This document shows positions 49,838-62,799 of a stretch of DNA of 64,000 bases, piece by piece. The DNA is from Octopus vulgaris (Eukaryota): NCBI GenBank assembly GCA_951406725.2, contig OX597814.1:55304001-55368000 (forward strand), written 5' to 3'. The translations under genes were made by a program, and so were the position numbers. The notes under the pieces were generated by a model, which was given only the letters and a program-made list of their open reading frames with translations, did no database searches and was not told where the DNA came from. How positions within the stretch are numbered: the first letter of the stretch is position 1; each line of letters begins with the position of its first letter.

Positions 49838-50469
49838 CTTCCAAAAGAAGTGCCCACAATTTCATGGGAAATGTTGTATGTAACAACACTTATTGTTTAG
49901 TAGAAAAATTCCACACATTGTATAACCCAACATTAGATTAGAGCTAATATCCCGCTTTCCATAAGCAGCAGCAGGAAGCTTTACTGACCAACTAAAACAA
50001 TTATATTTAGTCACAGTCAGATTACCGCATCTGGTTGACATTGTACAGCACACAAACCAGAGAAGGAATCTTTGTGCAATTAATCAACCTGCTAATTATA
50101 GCAGCCAAATCACTTTCAAATCATACCCTGCCAATTTAAATAGAGGTATACCTATATATATATATATATGATGGAAAATACTACTTGAAATCATAAATTT
50201 TCTTTTCTTCATTCTGCACAAATATCTCTTTCTGTAGGGTTGAAGACTGTTACAAATCATTTAAGTGATATGCTCAAGACCTGAATTGATAAGATTAGTT
50301 GTTTCATTGGAAGTATTGCTATTGTAAAACTAATTTGTAGTTATATTCTAAGTAATGAGGTGGTAAGCTGCCAGAATTGTTGATGCATCAAAAAAAAAAA
50401 AAAAGTCCTCAGTGGGATTTATTCATTTTGTTTGTTCAGTGTTCTAAAGTTACATAATATTGTGTAAGA

Positions 50470-50700
50470 GATGTCATCACCCTCGCTGGTGGCAGGAGTG
50501 GCTTTATCTTGTATCTGAGAATTTAGTTTCTTCTTTGCTGAACACTTCCTTTATGGTGATGGTGTTGATGACTTACTAGACCAATTCTTGCATAGAAAAG
50601 TTGATGGCATTGATTGCAAGGTAATGTTAATAGAGGACAAGGTTGATTTTGTTACGCCTTTCTCTTTCCTGTTGTTTGATTTCTTCATTTTTTCTTCTGA
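50470..50700 (-). mobile_element. RTE (BovB-like) LINE 3' end with C-terminal zinc finger
   Basis: Minus strand CNQCHQLFYARIGLVSHQHHHH, matching the CxxC...RIGLxSH motif of RTE C-termini, preceded by a basic QQERERRNK stretch. Confidence 0.65.
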
Positions 50701-52353
50701 TAATTTCAAAGTTATTTTTTATAATGTGTTATACTAAAAATTCTTGCTGAGGTTGACTTTTCCTTTCATCGTTTCAGGGTCAATAAAGTAAAGAACCAGT
50801 CCATAACTAGGATTAATATAACTAACTAATGCTTCCCACTAAAACTGCTGGCCTTGTGCCAAAATTTGAAACAACTCTAGCTAATTCATGGGCTAGTTGT
50901 AAATAGCCATAACTGTTATTACTGCCCCCCCTCCCAGATAACTACCCCCTAACAATTTCTCTTTGGATAATTGCCTGAGAGGACAAATGCTCCCAGACAA
51001 TTACCTCCAAACAATGGCACCCTAAGCAATTTCTTCTATTAGAGCGTGAATAATTAATAACAATTGTTAGTTTTAAATGTTGGTACAAGGCCAGCAATTT
51101 CAGGCAGGGTATAAGTCAATTATGTCAACGACTGGTATTTATTTTATTGACCTTGGTGGAATTTGAACTCAGAATGTAAAGACAGACGAAATGCTACTAA
51201 GCATTTTGTCCAATGTGCTAATACTTTTGCCAGTAATAATCATTAATTGTTGTAATTATTAATTATTGTATTTATTAATGATTTATTAATGTGTCACACA
51301 ATTTGCAGTTTTAGTGGTTTAATTATAGTGACATAAGAATGTAATTCATATTATTGGATAATTCTAAGATGGTGGATGACAGAATTGTTAGAGTACTTGG
51401 ACAAGATACAGTATCTACATATAGTTTTTTATGTTCTGAATCAAATCCAACAGAGGGTAACATTGCATTTCATCCTTTAAAGATTAATAAAATAAAATAT
51501 TAATCAAGTACTAGAGTTGATTGTATCAACAAACCCTACTACCCTCAAAATTGCTAGCCTTCTGTATGAATTAAAAACGATTTTTGGTTAATTCTTCCTA
51601 TTGTACAACAGATAAAACACAAAAATAAACTTCAATTTTATTAATTTTGCACTCAATAATTGTACTTTTTTAAAACATTTTCTCTGAATTGGGGAATGGT
51701 TCAAGGCAAATTATCTGGGACCCTGTCTGTCCTAAGAGGGAAGATCTCTAAGGGCAGCTGTACTGTAAAGCTATTGAATTCTTCTCAGTTAAAACTGAGT
51801 GTTGATAAGTAGTTAAAGCATGGCAGTGTTGGTCAAGTAAAATTCTTAAAAGAACTGATTTATGAGATAATGTTAGTAAATGCTTTTAAAAGAACACCGT
51901 CTACTGTGTAATTATTGGTTTATGTTATATACATATGTTTCACTAGCAATATACATATGTTTCACAAAGCTAACTGAGCCTATCAGACTAGTGAGGCTGA
52001 TTGAAATAGATAGAAGTAGTCGATAACGCTCAGTTACTCAGTTGAAATTAAAATAGCCATAACAAATAACGATAAAATAGCAGTAAGTTACCTCCCTTAG
52101 AACATATCGCGCTCGCTGTAAGTTAACGTCTCAAAATGGTTGGTTGTATCCATATGCTCTGAGTTCAAATCCTGTCAAGGCTAACTTTACCTTTCAGTCC
52201 CTCTAGGATAATCAATAAATACCAGGCAAATACTGAAGTTAATTTATTCAAAAGTTTCTTTCCCAAACGTTTGGCCTTTTCCTGATGGTAGTATAATGGA
52301 ATGGAATGTTTATAATACCTGTGGAGTATCTCCTTCTTCCATTATAATTATTT

Positions 52354-53355
52354 TGTAGTTTCAAGGAGCTGGAACAGGTCGCCGATTTGTGACGTCCATC
52401 ATTCTCATCACCTCCAAGCGAGGTGATGAGAATGGTTCCTTAGTACATCACATGGTCGATACAATAAATATAAATAGAACAATATATATATGTGCCAGAG
52501 GGAAATAAGAGACACAACTGGGTAGAATGTTTAAGAGAAGATTTATTGATGTGAACATGTGTGATTGTGTGTGCGTCATATATACAGAATAATATTTAGG
52601 TCGTTGTAAGAATATGTATGCGTGTGTATGTAGGCATTGACGTATGCGTGTTAGGAACATATAAGGATGGTGATGAAGAAGAGACAATGAAAGAGTCTAT
52701 AGCTATTGAAGTGAGGAGTAAGTTCATCGACACAAGAATGATAAATACCAGTTCGTAGTCAATTGTACACGATAGTTGAAATACTGTATCAAGAAGTTGT
52801 GGTGATGATGCAGAGCTGGTTGCAGTATGTGTTGTATGTGAAGTTGTGGCTGAGATGCTGCTGCCTGGCTAACTTGGTACAGAAGTTCTCGCAGGTTGAA
52901 TATTCGCTGTTGATCCATGGTGAAATAATTTACAAACAGTGCAGTGTTGTAACCAGGGTGAGTACGTAGAGAGATGTTGACGTTAGGATGAATGGTGGCG
53001 ATGGAAATGGAGGTTGCTGAATGCTGTCGGACGAAGTTGGTGGGTCTCCACGTGGCTGCTGTTGTGTTGTCGCTGGAACTGGCTGTGTCTTGTGTGGTCA
53101 GTGACTAGACCTTAAAAAGTCTGGAACTGAAAGACCTCGAGATGAGGGAAAAGTTAGGTTTTTATAAGGTGTTGTAGGCTCAAAGCGGGCTAGAAGACAG
53201 GCTGTCACACATGACTTTATTTGATGACTGCGATTGGTTGGGTTGCATATTGGCATGAATAGAGTAAGAGACAAATTGCGCCAATAACAACCAATCAGAG
53301 TAGTGGATACAACAGGGTCCCAAATGCGGCCAAAGGCTAGCTGTTATCTACTACA
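52354..53355 (-). mobile_element. Probable solo LTR (~1 kb)
   Basis: TGTAGT...ACTACA termini; on the minus strand CCAAT (about 53235), TATAAAA (about 53165) and AATAAA (about 52545) occur in U3-R-U5 order; CpG-rich. No matching TSD found. Confidence 0.5.
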
Positions 53356-53575
53356 TTCATACATATGTATATATAATAGAGAGGAGTTTCACTCAAGAGT
53401 ACGTCACAGTAGAAATTATTATTTTATTATAAATCAAATGGATCCATAATTTTATCACATCTCATATACTGGTACTACACCGATTTTCCGAAAAATAGAT
53501 GGTCTTGAACCTCTTATAATCCACACTAATTTATGAGCAGGAACTTCAAATTCCCCCAGCTGCCAAACTAGTTTA

Positions 53576-53774
53576 CGAGTGGTGCTGAAAAGTTCCTGGC
53601 TTTGGGTAAAAGAAAATACAGGAGGATCGTTATTATGGTTTTATTCTCAAATTCACACACTTATTGCAGTGGTCCTCAGTTTTTCTAAGCTCTGTAAAAG
53701 AACTCAGAAGGTTGGGGCTCCAGCCAAGCATTTTGTGATACCCTTAAAGCCAGTAACTTTTCAGAACCCCCTAG
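53576..53774. mobile_element. Mariner-type MITE
   Basis: TA|CGAGTGGTGCTGAAAAGTTCCTGGC...GCCAGTAACTTTTCAGAACCCCCTAG|TA. Confidence 0.85.
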
Positions 53775-53789
53775 TACTGGTACTTTGCA

Positions 53790-54335
53790 GTGTGGCAAGC
53801 AGTTTGCTTCCCAATTGCATGGTTCCAGAGTACCTTGGGCAAGTGTCTTCAACTATAGCTTCAGGGCCAACCAAAGCCTTGTGAGTGGATTTGGTAGATG
53901 GAAACTGAAAGAAGCTCATTGTATATGTATTCTCTTTACTCTTTTACTTGTTTCAGTCATTTGACTGCGGCCATGCTGGAGCACTGCCTTTTTAATCGAG
54001 CAACTTGACCCTGGGACTCATTCTTTTGTAAGCCCAGTACTTATTCTATCGGTCTCTTTTGCCGAACCACTAAGTAACGGGGACATAAACACACCAAGCA
54101 ATGCTAGGGGGACAAACACAGACACACAAACACACACACGCATATATATATATATATATACATACATATATACGACGGGCTTCTTTCAGTTTCCGTCTAC
54201 CAAGTCCACTCACAAGGCTTTGGTTGGCCCGAGGCTATAGTAGAAGACACTTGCCCAAGGTGCCATGCAGTGGGACTGAACCCGGAACCATGTGGTTGGT
54301 AAACAAGCTACTTACCACACAGCCACTCCTGCACC

Positions 54336-54385
<50 letters not shown>

Positions 54386-54555
54386 AGTGTGTGTGTGTCT
54401 TTGTGTCTATGTTTACATCCCCATAACCTAGCAGTTCTGCAAAAAAGACCAATAGAATAAGTCCTGGAGTCAATTTCTTTGACTAAAAAACACCCTTTAA
54501 GGTGGTGCTCCAGTCTGGCTGCAATCAATTCACTGAAACAAGTAAAAGAATAAAA
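53790..54555. mobile_element. Nested SINE cluster (a minus-strand copy inside plus-strand pieces of the same family)
   Basis: The same CTTGGGCAAGTGTCTTC...GGAAACTGAAAGAAG and GCTCCAGCATGGCC...GAAACAAGTAAAAGA modules occur in both orientations. Confidence 0.75.
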
Positions 54556-54852
54556 GAATTTGTTTAATTAAAAATGTGTTGACAAAAAACCCGAAAAATC
54601 AGTAACCCAGGAATACTTTTGGACCAAAGATTCTAAAAAAATCAGTGTTGTACCAACATACATTGTTGTGGTGAAAAGTAAAGAGGTGAACAATAAAGTT
54701 AAGTATGGTGAATTCAAATACAAAACATAGCAAGATGTTGGTAAATACTGCAAGCACTTTAACCATTCTATTATTGAAAATAGGTGACAGTTTATTATAA
54801 ATAAACTCTTTTATTGAAAGCCAACCATAAATCACCCTGAGCTAAAACATCC

Positions 54853-54950
54853 ACAGACATAACAAAGTGTCATGTGAACAGACACAACAAAGTGTCATAA
54901 AAACAGACATTGCAGTGTCATATGAACAGACATAACAAAGTCTTGTAGCA
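54853..54950. repeat. Short minisatellite, about 4 copies of a ~24-bp unit (ACAGACATAACAAAGTGTCATRTGA)
   Basis: Direct inspection. Confidence 0.8.
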
Positions 54951-55214
54951 GACTTTATGCCATGTCAATGCCAGGATCTAACTCTCAGTTGGTTATTAAC
55001 TAACTCATCCACTCACACTCAATTTATGAATATTCTTAAATATAAAAATTTCACTCATGTTACAAATATAATATCTTGTAATTATTGATGGAAACATTGG
55101 TAACTTATCTATTACAGAAATAATATTTCATTGGTTCATTATGGATTAACTGATTGCCATTAGCTTGTCAGCTGTCAGCAGGTTATTGTAAGGATTTTTA
55201 ATACTAGTTCATCA

Positions 55215-55650
55215 AGGGTGGCAAACTGGACAGAATCATTAACACACTGGGCAAAACGCTTAGTGGCATTTTGTCCATCTTTACATTCTAAGTTCAAATT
55301 CTACTGAGATTGACTTTGCCTTTCATCCTTTTGGGGTCAATTAAATAAGTATCAGTTGATGGAATTGACTAATCCCTCTACCCCCAAATTGCTAGTCTTG
55401 TGCCAAAATTTGAAACCAATATTGCAGTTCATTAAATGTGGTCAGCTGGCAGAATCATTAGCATGCCAGGCAAAATGCCTTGTGGCATTTTGTCTATTTC
55501 TACATTCTGAGTTCAAATTCCGCCAAGGTCAACTTTGCTTTTCATCCTTTCACAGTCAATGAAATAAGAGCCAGCTGAGCACTGATGTTGATGCAATCAA
55601 CAAGCCACTCCCCTGAAATTGCTGACCTTGTACCAATATTAGAAACCAAT
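55215..55650 (+). mobile_element. Two head-to-tail tRNA-derived SINE copies
   Basis: Both begin GG(T/C)GG..AGCTGGCAGAATCATT and end GAAACCAATATT; same family as 48171. Confidence 0.75.
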
Positions 55651-56184
55651 ATTATTGTTCATCTATCATTTACCTCAGCATATGTTCTTAATAGTTCTGG
55701 TCTTGCTCACAATTAAATTTTCATTAAAAATTTTTCAATTTAAAATTAGAACTTATTAAAGCTGAAATATTAGATAAATTAATTTTTCTTCCAATTCTAC
55801 ATTGTTAGCAAGCTTCTACTGCCTTCCTATACTAAATGATTGATATTTTGATTTCCTTCAGAGAATTTTTTTTAAATGTTGGACAACTTTACATTATAGA
55901 AAAATAGAAAATAACATATTTTATTGATAAGTGCACACAGTTTTATTTTGACAAATTTTATATGATCTTCATCTTTTATATTTTACTTGTTTCAGTCACT
56001 GGAGTGTGCCTATGCTGGGGCACCACCTTGAAGGGATTTAGTTGAACAAATCGACACCCAGGACTTATTTTGTTTCTTTTAGCCTGCTACTTATTCTATC
56101 AGTCACTTTTGCCAAATCTCCAAGTTACAGACATAAACACGCCAATACCAGTTGTAACTGGCGGTGGTGGGCAAATACAATCAC

Positions 56185-56657
56185 TAAAACGAGCAGCCAA
56201 ACTCAAACCGCTAAATAGTAGTAATTCAGAAATCAAAGGAAAATTAAAAACATTTACCCTTTTCATCTTTGGACTATGCATAGTTTCAACGTACATTTTG
56301 GCAAACCAGCTCAATTAAATTAAATTAAATTTAATTAAATCAATTTACCACTGGCCCGTCTCATCGGCAAAGAAGCCAGGGGGAATATATATTCCATGAG
56401 GCAACAGCATCGGTGCCTCAGGAATATATACTCTAAACTTTCAAAATCTACCGTCATCGCGCCAACTTATCAGCAGCAAATATAAACAGCTGATTTAATT
56501 TCAGAATTAGCCAAAAAATCATTAATTAATCAATATCAGGGTAGCAAAAAATTCAAGAGAAATTTTTTCGCCACCAGCGGTCTAGTGGAGCAAGAAAAAA
56601 TAGTAAACAGACTATATAATGTACATTCAACAATAATATTAAGGAATGGCCTTAATG

Positions 56658-56660
<3 letters not shown>
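56185..56660 (-). mobile_element. Probable Penelope-like pseudo-LTR fragment
   Basis: CpG-retaining island between SINEs, containing a hammerhead motif with palindromic helix III and an upstream hairpin; no coding part seen. Confidence 0.5.
56266..56373 (-). ncRNA. Type I hammerhead ribozyme motif (CCGAUGA core variant, extended helix II)
   Basis: Minus strand: UCUUUG - CCGAUGA - GACG...CGUU - GAAA - CUA UGCA UAG - UC - CAAAGA. Helix I 6 bp, helix III palindromic, GUC cleavage triplet with C17 at 56272. Confidence 0.75.
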
Positions 56661-56696
<36 letters not shown>

Positions 56697-56697
<1 letters not shown>

Positions 56698-57140
56698 CAT
56701 CATCATCATCGTTTAGCGTCCGCTTTCCATGCTAGCATGGGTTGGACGGGTCAACTGGGGTCTGTGAAGCTGGAAGGCTTCGTCAGGCCCAGTCAGATCT
56801 GGCAGTGTTTCTACGGCTGGATGCCCTTCCTAACGCCAACCACTCCACGAGTGTAGTGGGTGTTTTTTACGTGCCACCTGCACAGGTGCCAGACAGAGCT
56901 GGCGAACGGCCATGAACGGATGGTGCTTTTACGTGTCACCAGCACGGGGCCAGGCGATGCTGGCAATATATGTATGTATATATATGTACATGTATGTATA
57001 TATATGTATATGTAGGTATATATATGTAATTGTATGTATATATATGTATATGCATGTATGTATATGTATGTATATATATATGTATATATGTATATGTATG
57101 GATATATATATGTATATGTTTGTACATACATATATGTCTA

Positions 57141-57218
<78 letters not shown>

Positions 57219-57301
57219 ATGTATATATATATGTATATATATATATGTATATGTATATATGTATATGTATGTATATTTCTATGTACATGTATGTATATAT
57301 T

Positions 57302-57338
<37 letters not shown>

Positions 57339-57561
57339 GTATATATATGTATATATATATGTATAGTGCCACCTGACTGGCTCCCATGCCAGTGGCACTT
57401 TCAGAGTGGTTGGCGTTAGGAAGGGCATCCAGCTGTAGAAACTTTGCCAGATCAGATTGGAGCTTGGTGCATCCTTCTAGCTCGCCAGTCCTCAGTCAAA
57501 CTGTTCAACCCATGCCAGGATGGAAAGTGGATGTTAATTGACAACGACATGATGATGATGA

Positions 57562-57595
<34 letters not shown>

Positions 57596-58081
57596 TCACA
57601 TACATACATATGTATACATATGACAGGCTTCTTTCAGTTTCTGTCTACCAAATCCACTCACAAGGCTTTAGTAGAAGACACTTGTCTAAGTTTCCACACA
57701 GTGGAACTGAAGCCAGAGCCATGTAGTTGGGAAGCATGCTTCTTACTACACAGTGACACCACAGCTATCATCATTATCAATGTTCTAGTGTCTCTTTTTT
57801 CATGATAGTAGGGGTATGTTGGGTCTGCTGTAGAGCTAAAAATTATTCGTGATTTTTATCGTCACTGATGTTTTTATACTTCATCCTGCAAACAACTTAT
57901 GTATGTTAAAAATATTTCGGCCACATCGATATTTTTTTGTAAGTGGCTGTGTGGTAAGTAGCTTGTTTATGAACTACATGGTTCCGTGTTCAGTCCCACT
58001 GCGTGACTACTGTAGCCTCGGGCCAACCAAAGCCGTATGAGTGAATTTGGTAGACGAAAACTGAAAGAAGCCCATCGTATG

Positions 58082-58115
<34 letters not shown>

Positions 58116-58392
58116 TGTATGTATGTATGTATGTATGTATGTATGCATGCATGTATGTATGTATGTGTGTGTGTGTGTATGTTTGTGTGTCTGTGTTTGT
58201 ACCCCCAACATCGCTTGACAACCGATGCTGGTGTGTTTACGTCCTCGTAAACTAGCGGTTCGGCAAAAAGGCCGATAGAATAAGTACTAGGCTTACAAAG
58301 AATAAGTCCTGGGGTCTATTTGCTCGACTAAAAGGCGGTGCTCCAGCATGGCCACAGTCAAATGACTAAAACAAGTAAAAGAGTAAAAGAGA
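56697..58392. mobile_element. SINE cluster with (TA)n/(TATG)n microsatellites
   Basis: Oppositely oriented copies of the (GAT)n-tailed repeat at 56697-56965 and 57366-57565 flank a 400-bp TA/TG tract; further SINEs at about 57620-57765 (-) and 57940-58392 (+). Confidence 0.8.
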
Positions 58393-58745
58393 ATAAAACT
58401 GCCTTTCTGTTAATGCATTAACAAATATTAATGTAAGGGAGATAACTCTTTTCTTTGTGCATAAGGCGCGGTTGTTTTAGTTCTTTCAAATTGAAACTGA
58501 GGCACATAATTCTAAAAAATCTAAATATTAATATATTAAGGCTGATTCAAATTCCGCCGAGGTCGACTTTGCCTTTCATCCTTTAGGGGTCGATAAATTA
58601 AGTACCAGTTGCGTACTGGAGTCGATCTAATCGACTGGGCCCCTCCCCCAAAATTTCAGGCTTTATGCCTAGAGTAGAAAAGAATATGCTAAGGCTGAAT
58701 GCGTTACAGTCATGTGGTTAGTAGAAGGGAGAGACAAAAAGTGAG

Positions 58746-58792
<47 letters not shown>

Positions 58793-59439
58793 GTTAAGGA
58801 CTTGGATTAGGGGGATAGTAATAGTTATTACACTAAGATCAAATGTGTGATGCTGTGATATGGTTACTTCAAGGAGCAGGCAAAAAGAGAGAGAGAGAGA
58901 GAGAGCAGACAGTGTGAAGAAAGTTAGTGCTGAGAGGCAAGAGAAAAGTATTGCTATTACATTGTGTGGTTGAATAGTTGAAGAAAGAGGCAGAAAGTAG
59001 AAGTAGGGTACTACAATTACTTAAGGTTTTTTTTCAGACAGACAGACAAACAGTACATGTGAGTAGATAGAGTCATCTACTCAGAGTGTTAAGAGCCATA
59101 TTTGAGTAATCACCCCTTTCACTGAATCCAGTAAGAGTTCAGTAGTGGACCACAGATTCTAAGCAACAAATAGCAAGACCCAATCCAGTCACATAATAAT
59201 AAAATACTAGAAATCATCATCATTTAATGTCTGTTTTCCTTGCTGGCATGGTTAGACCATAGCTGGTATGGCCAGGGGTATCAGCTGGCTCCATTGTCTG
59301 TTCTGGTATAGTTTCTATGGCTGAATGCCCTTCCTAATGCCAACCATTCCATGGAGCACGCTGAGTACTTTTTATATGACACCAGCACAATTCTGCTGTG
59401 GCAGATGGGTCTTCTTGAGTGCAGAGTACAATTAATAAC

Positions 59440-60350
59440 AGAAATAACAGTTTCAAATTTAGACAGAAGGACAACAAGGAGGAGGTGGTAAGATGATTAT
59501 ATCAACTTCAGTGTTCAAATGGTACTTATTCCCTCAACCCAAAAGGATGAAAGGCTAAGTTGACCTTGGTGATATGTGAATTCAGAATGCACTGCTGGAA
59601 GAAATGTCACAAAGCATTTTGCCCAGTGTAGTAGCAGAAATAATAATAATAATAATAATGATAATAATAATAACAATAATCCTTTCTACTATAGGCACAG
59701 GGCTTGAAATTTGGGGGATTCAGCTGGTCCTTACTTTATTGAACCTGAAAGGATGTAAAGCAAAGTTGACCTTGGTGGAATTTGAACTCAGAACATAAAG
59801 GCAAACAAAATGTTGCTAAGCATTTTGTCCAGCATGCTAACAATTTTATCAGCTCACTGCCTTAATAACCATAATAATGATAATAATAATCCTTTCCCCT
59901 ATAGGCACAAAGCCTGAAATTTTGCAGGAAGGGACTAGTTGATTACATCGACCTCAGTGTTTCACTGGTACTTAATTTACTGACCCTGAAAGGATGAAAG
60001 GTAAAGTTGACTTTGGCGGAATTTGAACTCAGAACATAGAGGCAGACAAAATATCACTAAGCATTATGCCCAGCATGCTAACAATACTGCCAATTCTCTG
60101 CCTTAACAACAATAATAATAATAATGGTTTCTAACATAAGCATAAACCCAGAAATTTAGGAGAAGGAGGAAGAAATAAGTAAATTTAATTGACTTCAGTA
60201 CTTGAATGGTACTTTATTTTATTAACCTCAGAGGAATGAGCTTCAAAGTTGAATCAAGCAAGGTTTGAACTTAGAACATAAAGAACCAGAAGAAATGGTA
60301 TGTGGCATTTTATCCAGCATTTTAATTGTTCTACCAATTCACCACCCTTA
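59440..60350 (-). mobile_element. Tandem array of about four tRNA-SINE copies separated by (AAT)n
   Basis: Repeated GAAAGGATGAAAGG..AAGTTGAC.TTGG.GGAATTTGAACTCAGAAC units with ATAATAATA spacers. Confidence 0.75.
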
Positions 60351-61163
60351 AGTTATAGTTTCTAGCAACAACACAAAGATATACAAATGGCATGAACTGG
60401 CTTTTGCAAAAGTCCTGTTACACTCAGTTTTCAATGTGTTTGATAGATAAAGTGCCATCAAACATACTTAAAGTTCTACTTTTCCAGCACATATATGTTA
60501 GGAAGGGTATCCAGCAGTAGAAACCATGCCAAATCAGACTGAAACCTGATGCAGCTCCCCAGCTTACCAGTTTTTTGTAAAACCATCCAACCCATGCCAG
60601 CATGCAAAGTGGACGTTAAATGATAATGATGATCATTATGATGTGTGTGTGTGTGTGTGTGTGAGTGTGTGAAGGTGCATGGCTTGGCGGTTAGGGTAAG
60701 ATTATTCTGCCCAAGATTGTAAGGTTGTGAGTTCAACTCCTGATGGTGTGTTGTGTCCTTGAGCAAGATACTTTATTTCACATTGACAAAAATGAGTTGT
60801 GCCTGTAGTTCAAAGGGTTAGCCGTATCACTTTCTGTGTCATGCTGATACTCCCTGAGAACCATGTTGATATACATGTTCTGTGGAGTGCTCATCCACTT
60901 GCATATAAATTGCATGATCAGGCTGTTCTGCTGATCGGGTTAACTGGAACACTCAACACCATAACTGACGGAGTGGCAGTCAAGTATACATATATACGTC
61001 TACCCACTGTTCCCTGTGGGTAAGTCCTGGTGTATCTCCAAACCTGCTTCATTAAAGCACCCAGTACACACTGTAAAGTGGTTGACATTAGGAAGGGTAT
61101 GCAGGGTAAAAACCAAGCCAAAGCTGACAGGACAGTTGAGCTTGCACAGTCTTTTAACTTGCC

Positions 61164-61598
61164 GTATCTTTTCGGTTTGAACGGCAGTTTTTTCTAGCAG
61201 TGTCATATGAAATTGTCACCCATAATTATGACCCTAGTATCGATCTATTGCATTTTAATCTGTTTTAGGGTTAGAGTTAGTTAGGATTACGGTTAAGGGT
61301 GGGGGGGAAGGGTATCTTTTTTTCTTCACAAATGTAAATAAACCCAATCTGTTTCTTAAACGAGGGACATATTCATATGGCACAGAATGTTTTTTTTCCT
61401 CAATACACGTCATTGATTGGTTGAAATTGCAAAAATTGAAGAAAAAAAGCAACAAATATCTTACAAACTATAGAATTTTCTCAATAAAGCCAAGAGAAAA
61501 AGCTGTTTTATAAACACATTCTACCAGTATATGAAGTTTAAAATTTTTTAGTTACCTAGAAATTATGTTAAAAACTGCCGTTCAAACTGAAAAGATCC
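61164..61598. mobile_element. Shorter relative of the 32912 TIR element
   Basis: Termini G(T)ATCTTTTC...GAAAAGATCC, exact 8-bp TSD AACTTGCC (61156-61163, 61599-61606); shares internal blocks with 32912-33798. Confidence 0.88.
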
Positions 61599-62799
61599 AA
61601 CTTGCCTACTCCTGTCAAACTGTTCAGCCCATGCCAGCATGGAAAAAGGATATCAAACGATGATGACAAAATGTATGTATATATATATATACACACACAC
61701 ACACATACATACATACACACACACACACTCATATATCTTACCCAGAACGAGAGAGAGAATACTCTATATCAGGACCAGATGTCAGCTAGCTTGCCCAGTT
61801 GGTCATGCAACATAGCAATAATAGTGATAAAAATGTAACTGATTAAACTACTAGTAATCTTAAAAAGAATGCTCCTTTTATTAAAAGTATGTTGTTATAA
61901 AGTATTCCACCCTATTATAAAGTACTTCTATTTTTGTGGTGTATCCTTAACAATATAAAATACTCATTAAAAGTTCTCTATTATTGAAACAATTAACAGA
62001 AATAATAGTTTCACATTTTGGCAGAAGACCAGCAAAGTGGTACAGTGATTACATCAACCTCAGTGTTCAAACAGTACAAATGAACAATAGAAAATAGTGA
62101 AGAATTCAACAAGTTTTATAAATAGAATTAGTAACGATGGTGTCTTTATTTAAGATGGTGGATAATTTGATAGAGATTTGGTTACTATTTCTGGCATGTC
62201 AAACAACCATGTAGTTTTTTGGTGGCTCATAAATATTAGAAATTTCAATGTATTGTCTGATCTCTCTATGTTATCTCTCTCACATGACTGGAAAAAAAAT
62301 CATCATTTATAAACAATCACTTGGGCATTTCCTAATAAATCATTTAGACTATATCATTATACAGCTATATCAAGTAATGTTTACTATTTGCTTTGAATTG
62401 CCCCCTCTCATTTAATGGCAATTGCTTTCTATAAAGTTCTAGATCACTTTAATTTCACTTTGTGATCATAAAACGAAACACTGCCAACACATCCCAACCT
62501 TTTCCTACAGGTGCTTTCCTTTCTACTCTTTCAATCATCACAGCAGCAAAACCAGCAACTCGCATCTCACATCCACCCAAACTTCTTCTGAGAATGTTAC
62601 CGTCGCTCTGGAATTGATTTGCGACTGTTCAAGCAGAACACCAACCGCATCAATTTGATCAGTTCCAAAAGGTCGACGTTGGTCATCAGTACAGTCCCTC
62701 CCTCCTAACTAAATAAAGCCATAAAGGAAAAGAGGCTAAGCTGATAAAGTCCACCAGGCAGCTTCAATTCCCAGTCCCTATTTTCCTTGTTTAAGTCAA

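Noticed and set aside
50920-51770. Possible old element with GGACAATTGCCC-like subterminal repeats in inverted orientation
   Set aside because: Too degenerate to fix ends or a TSD by eye.
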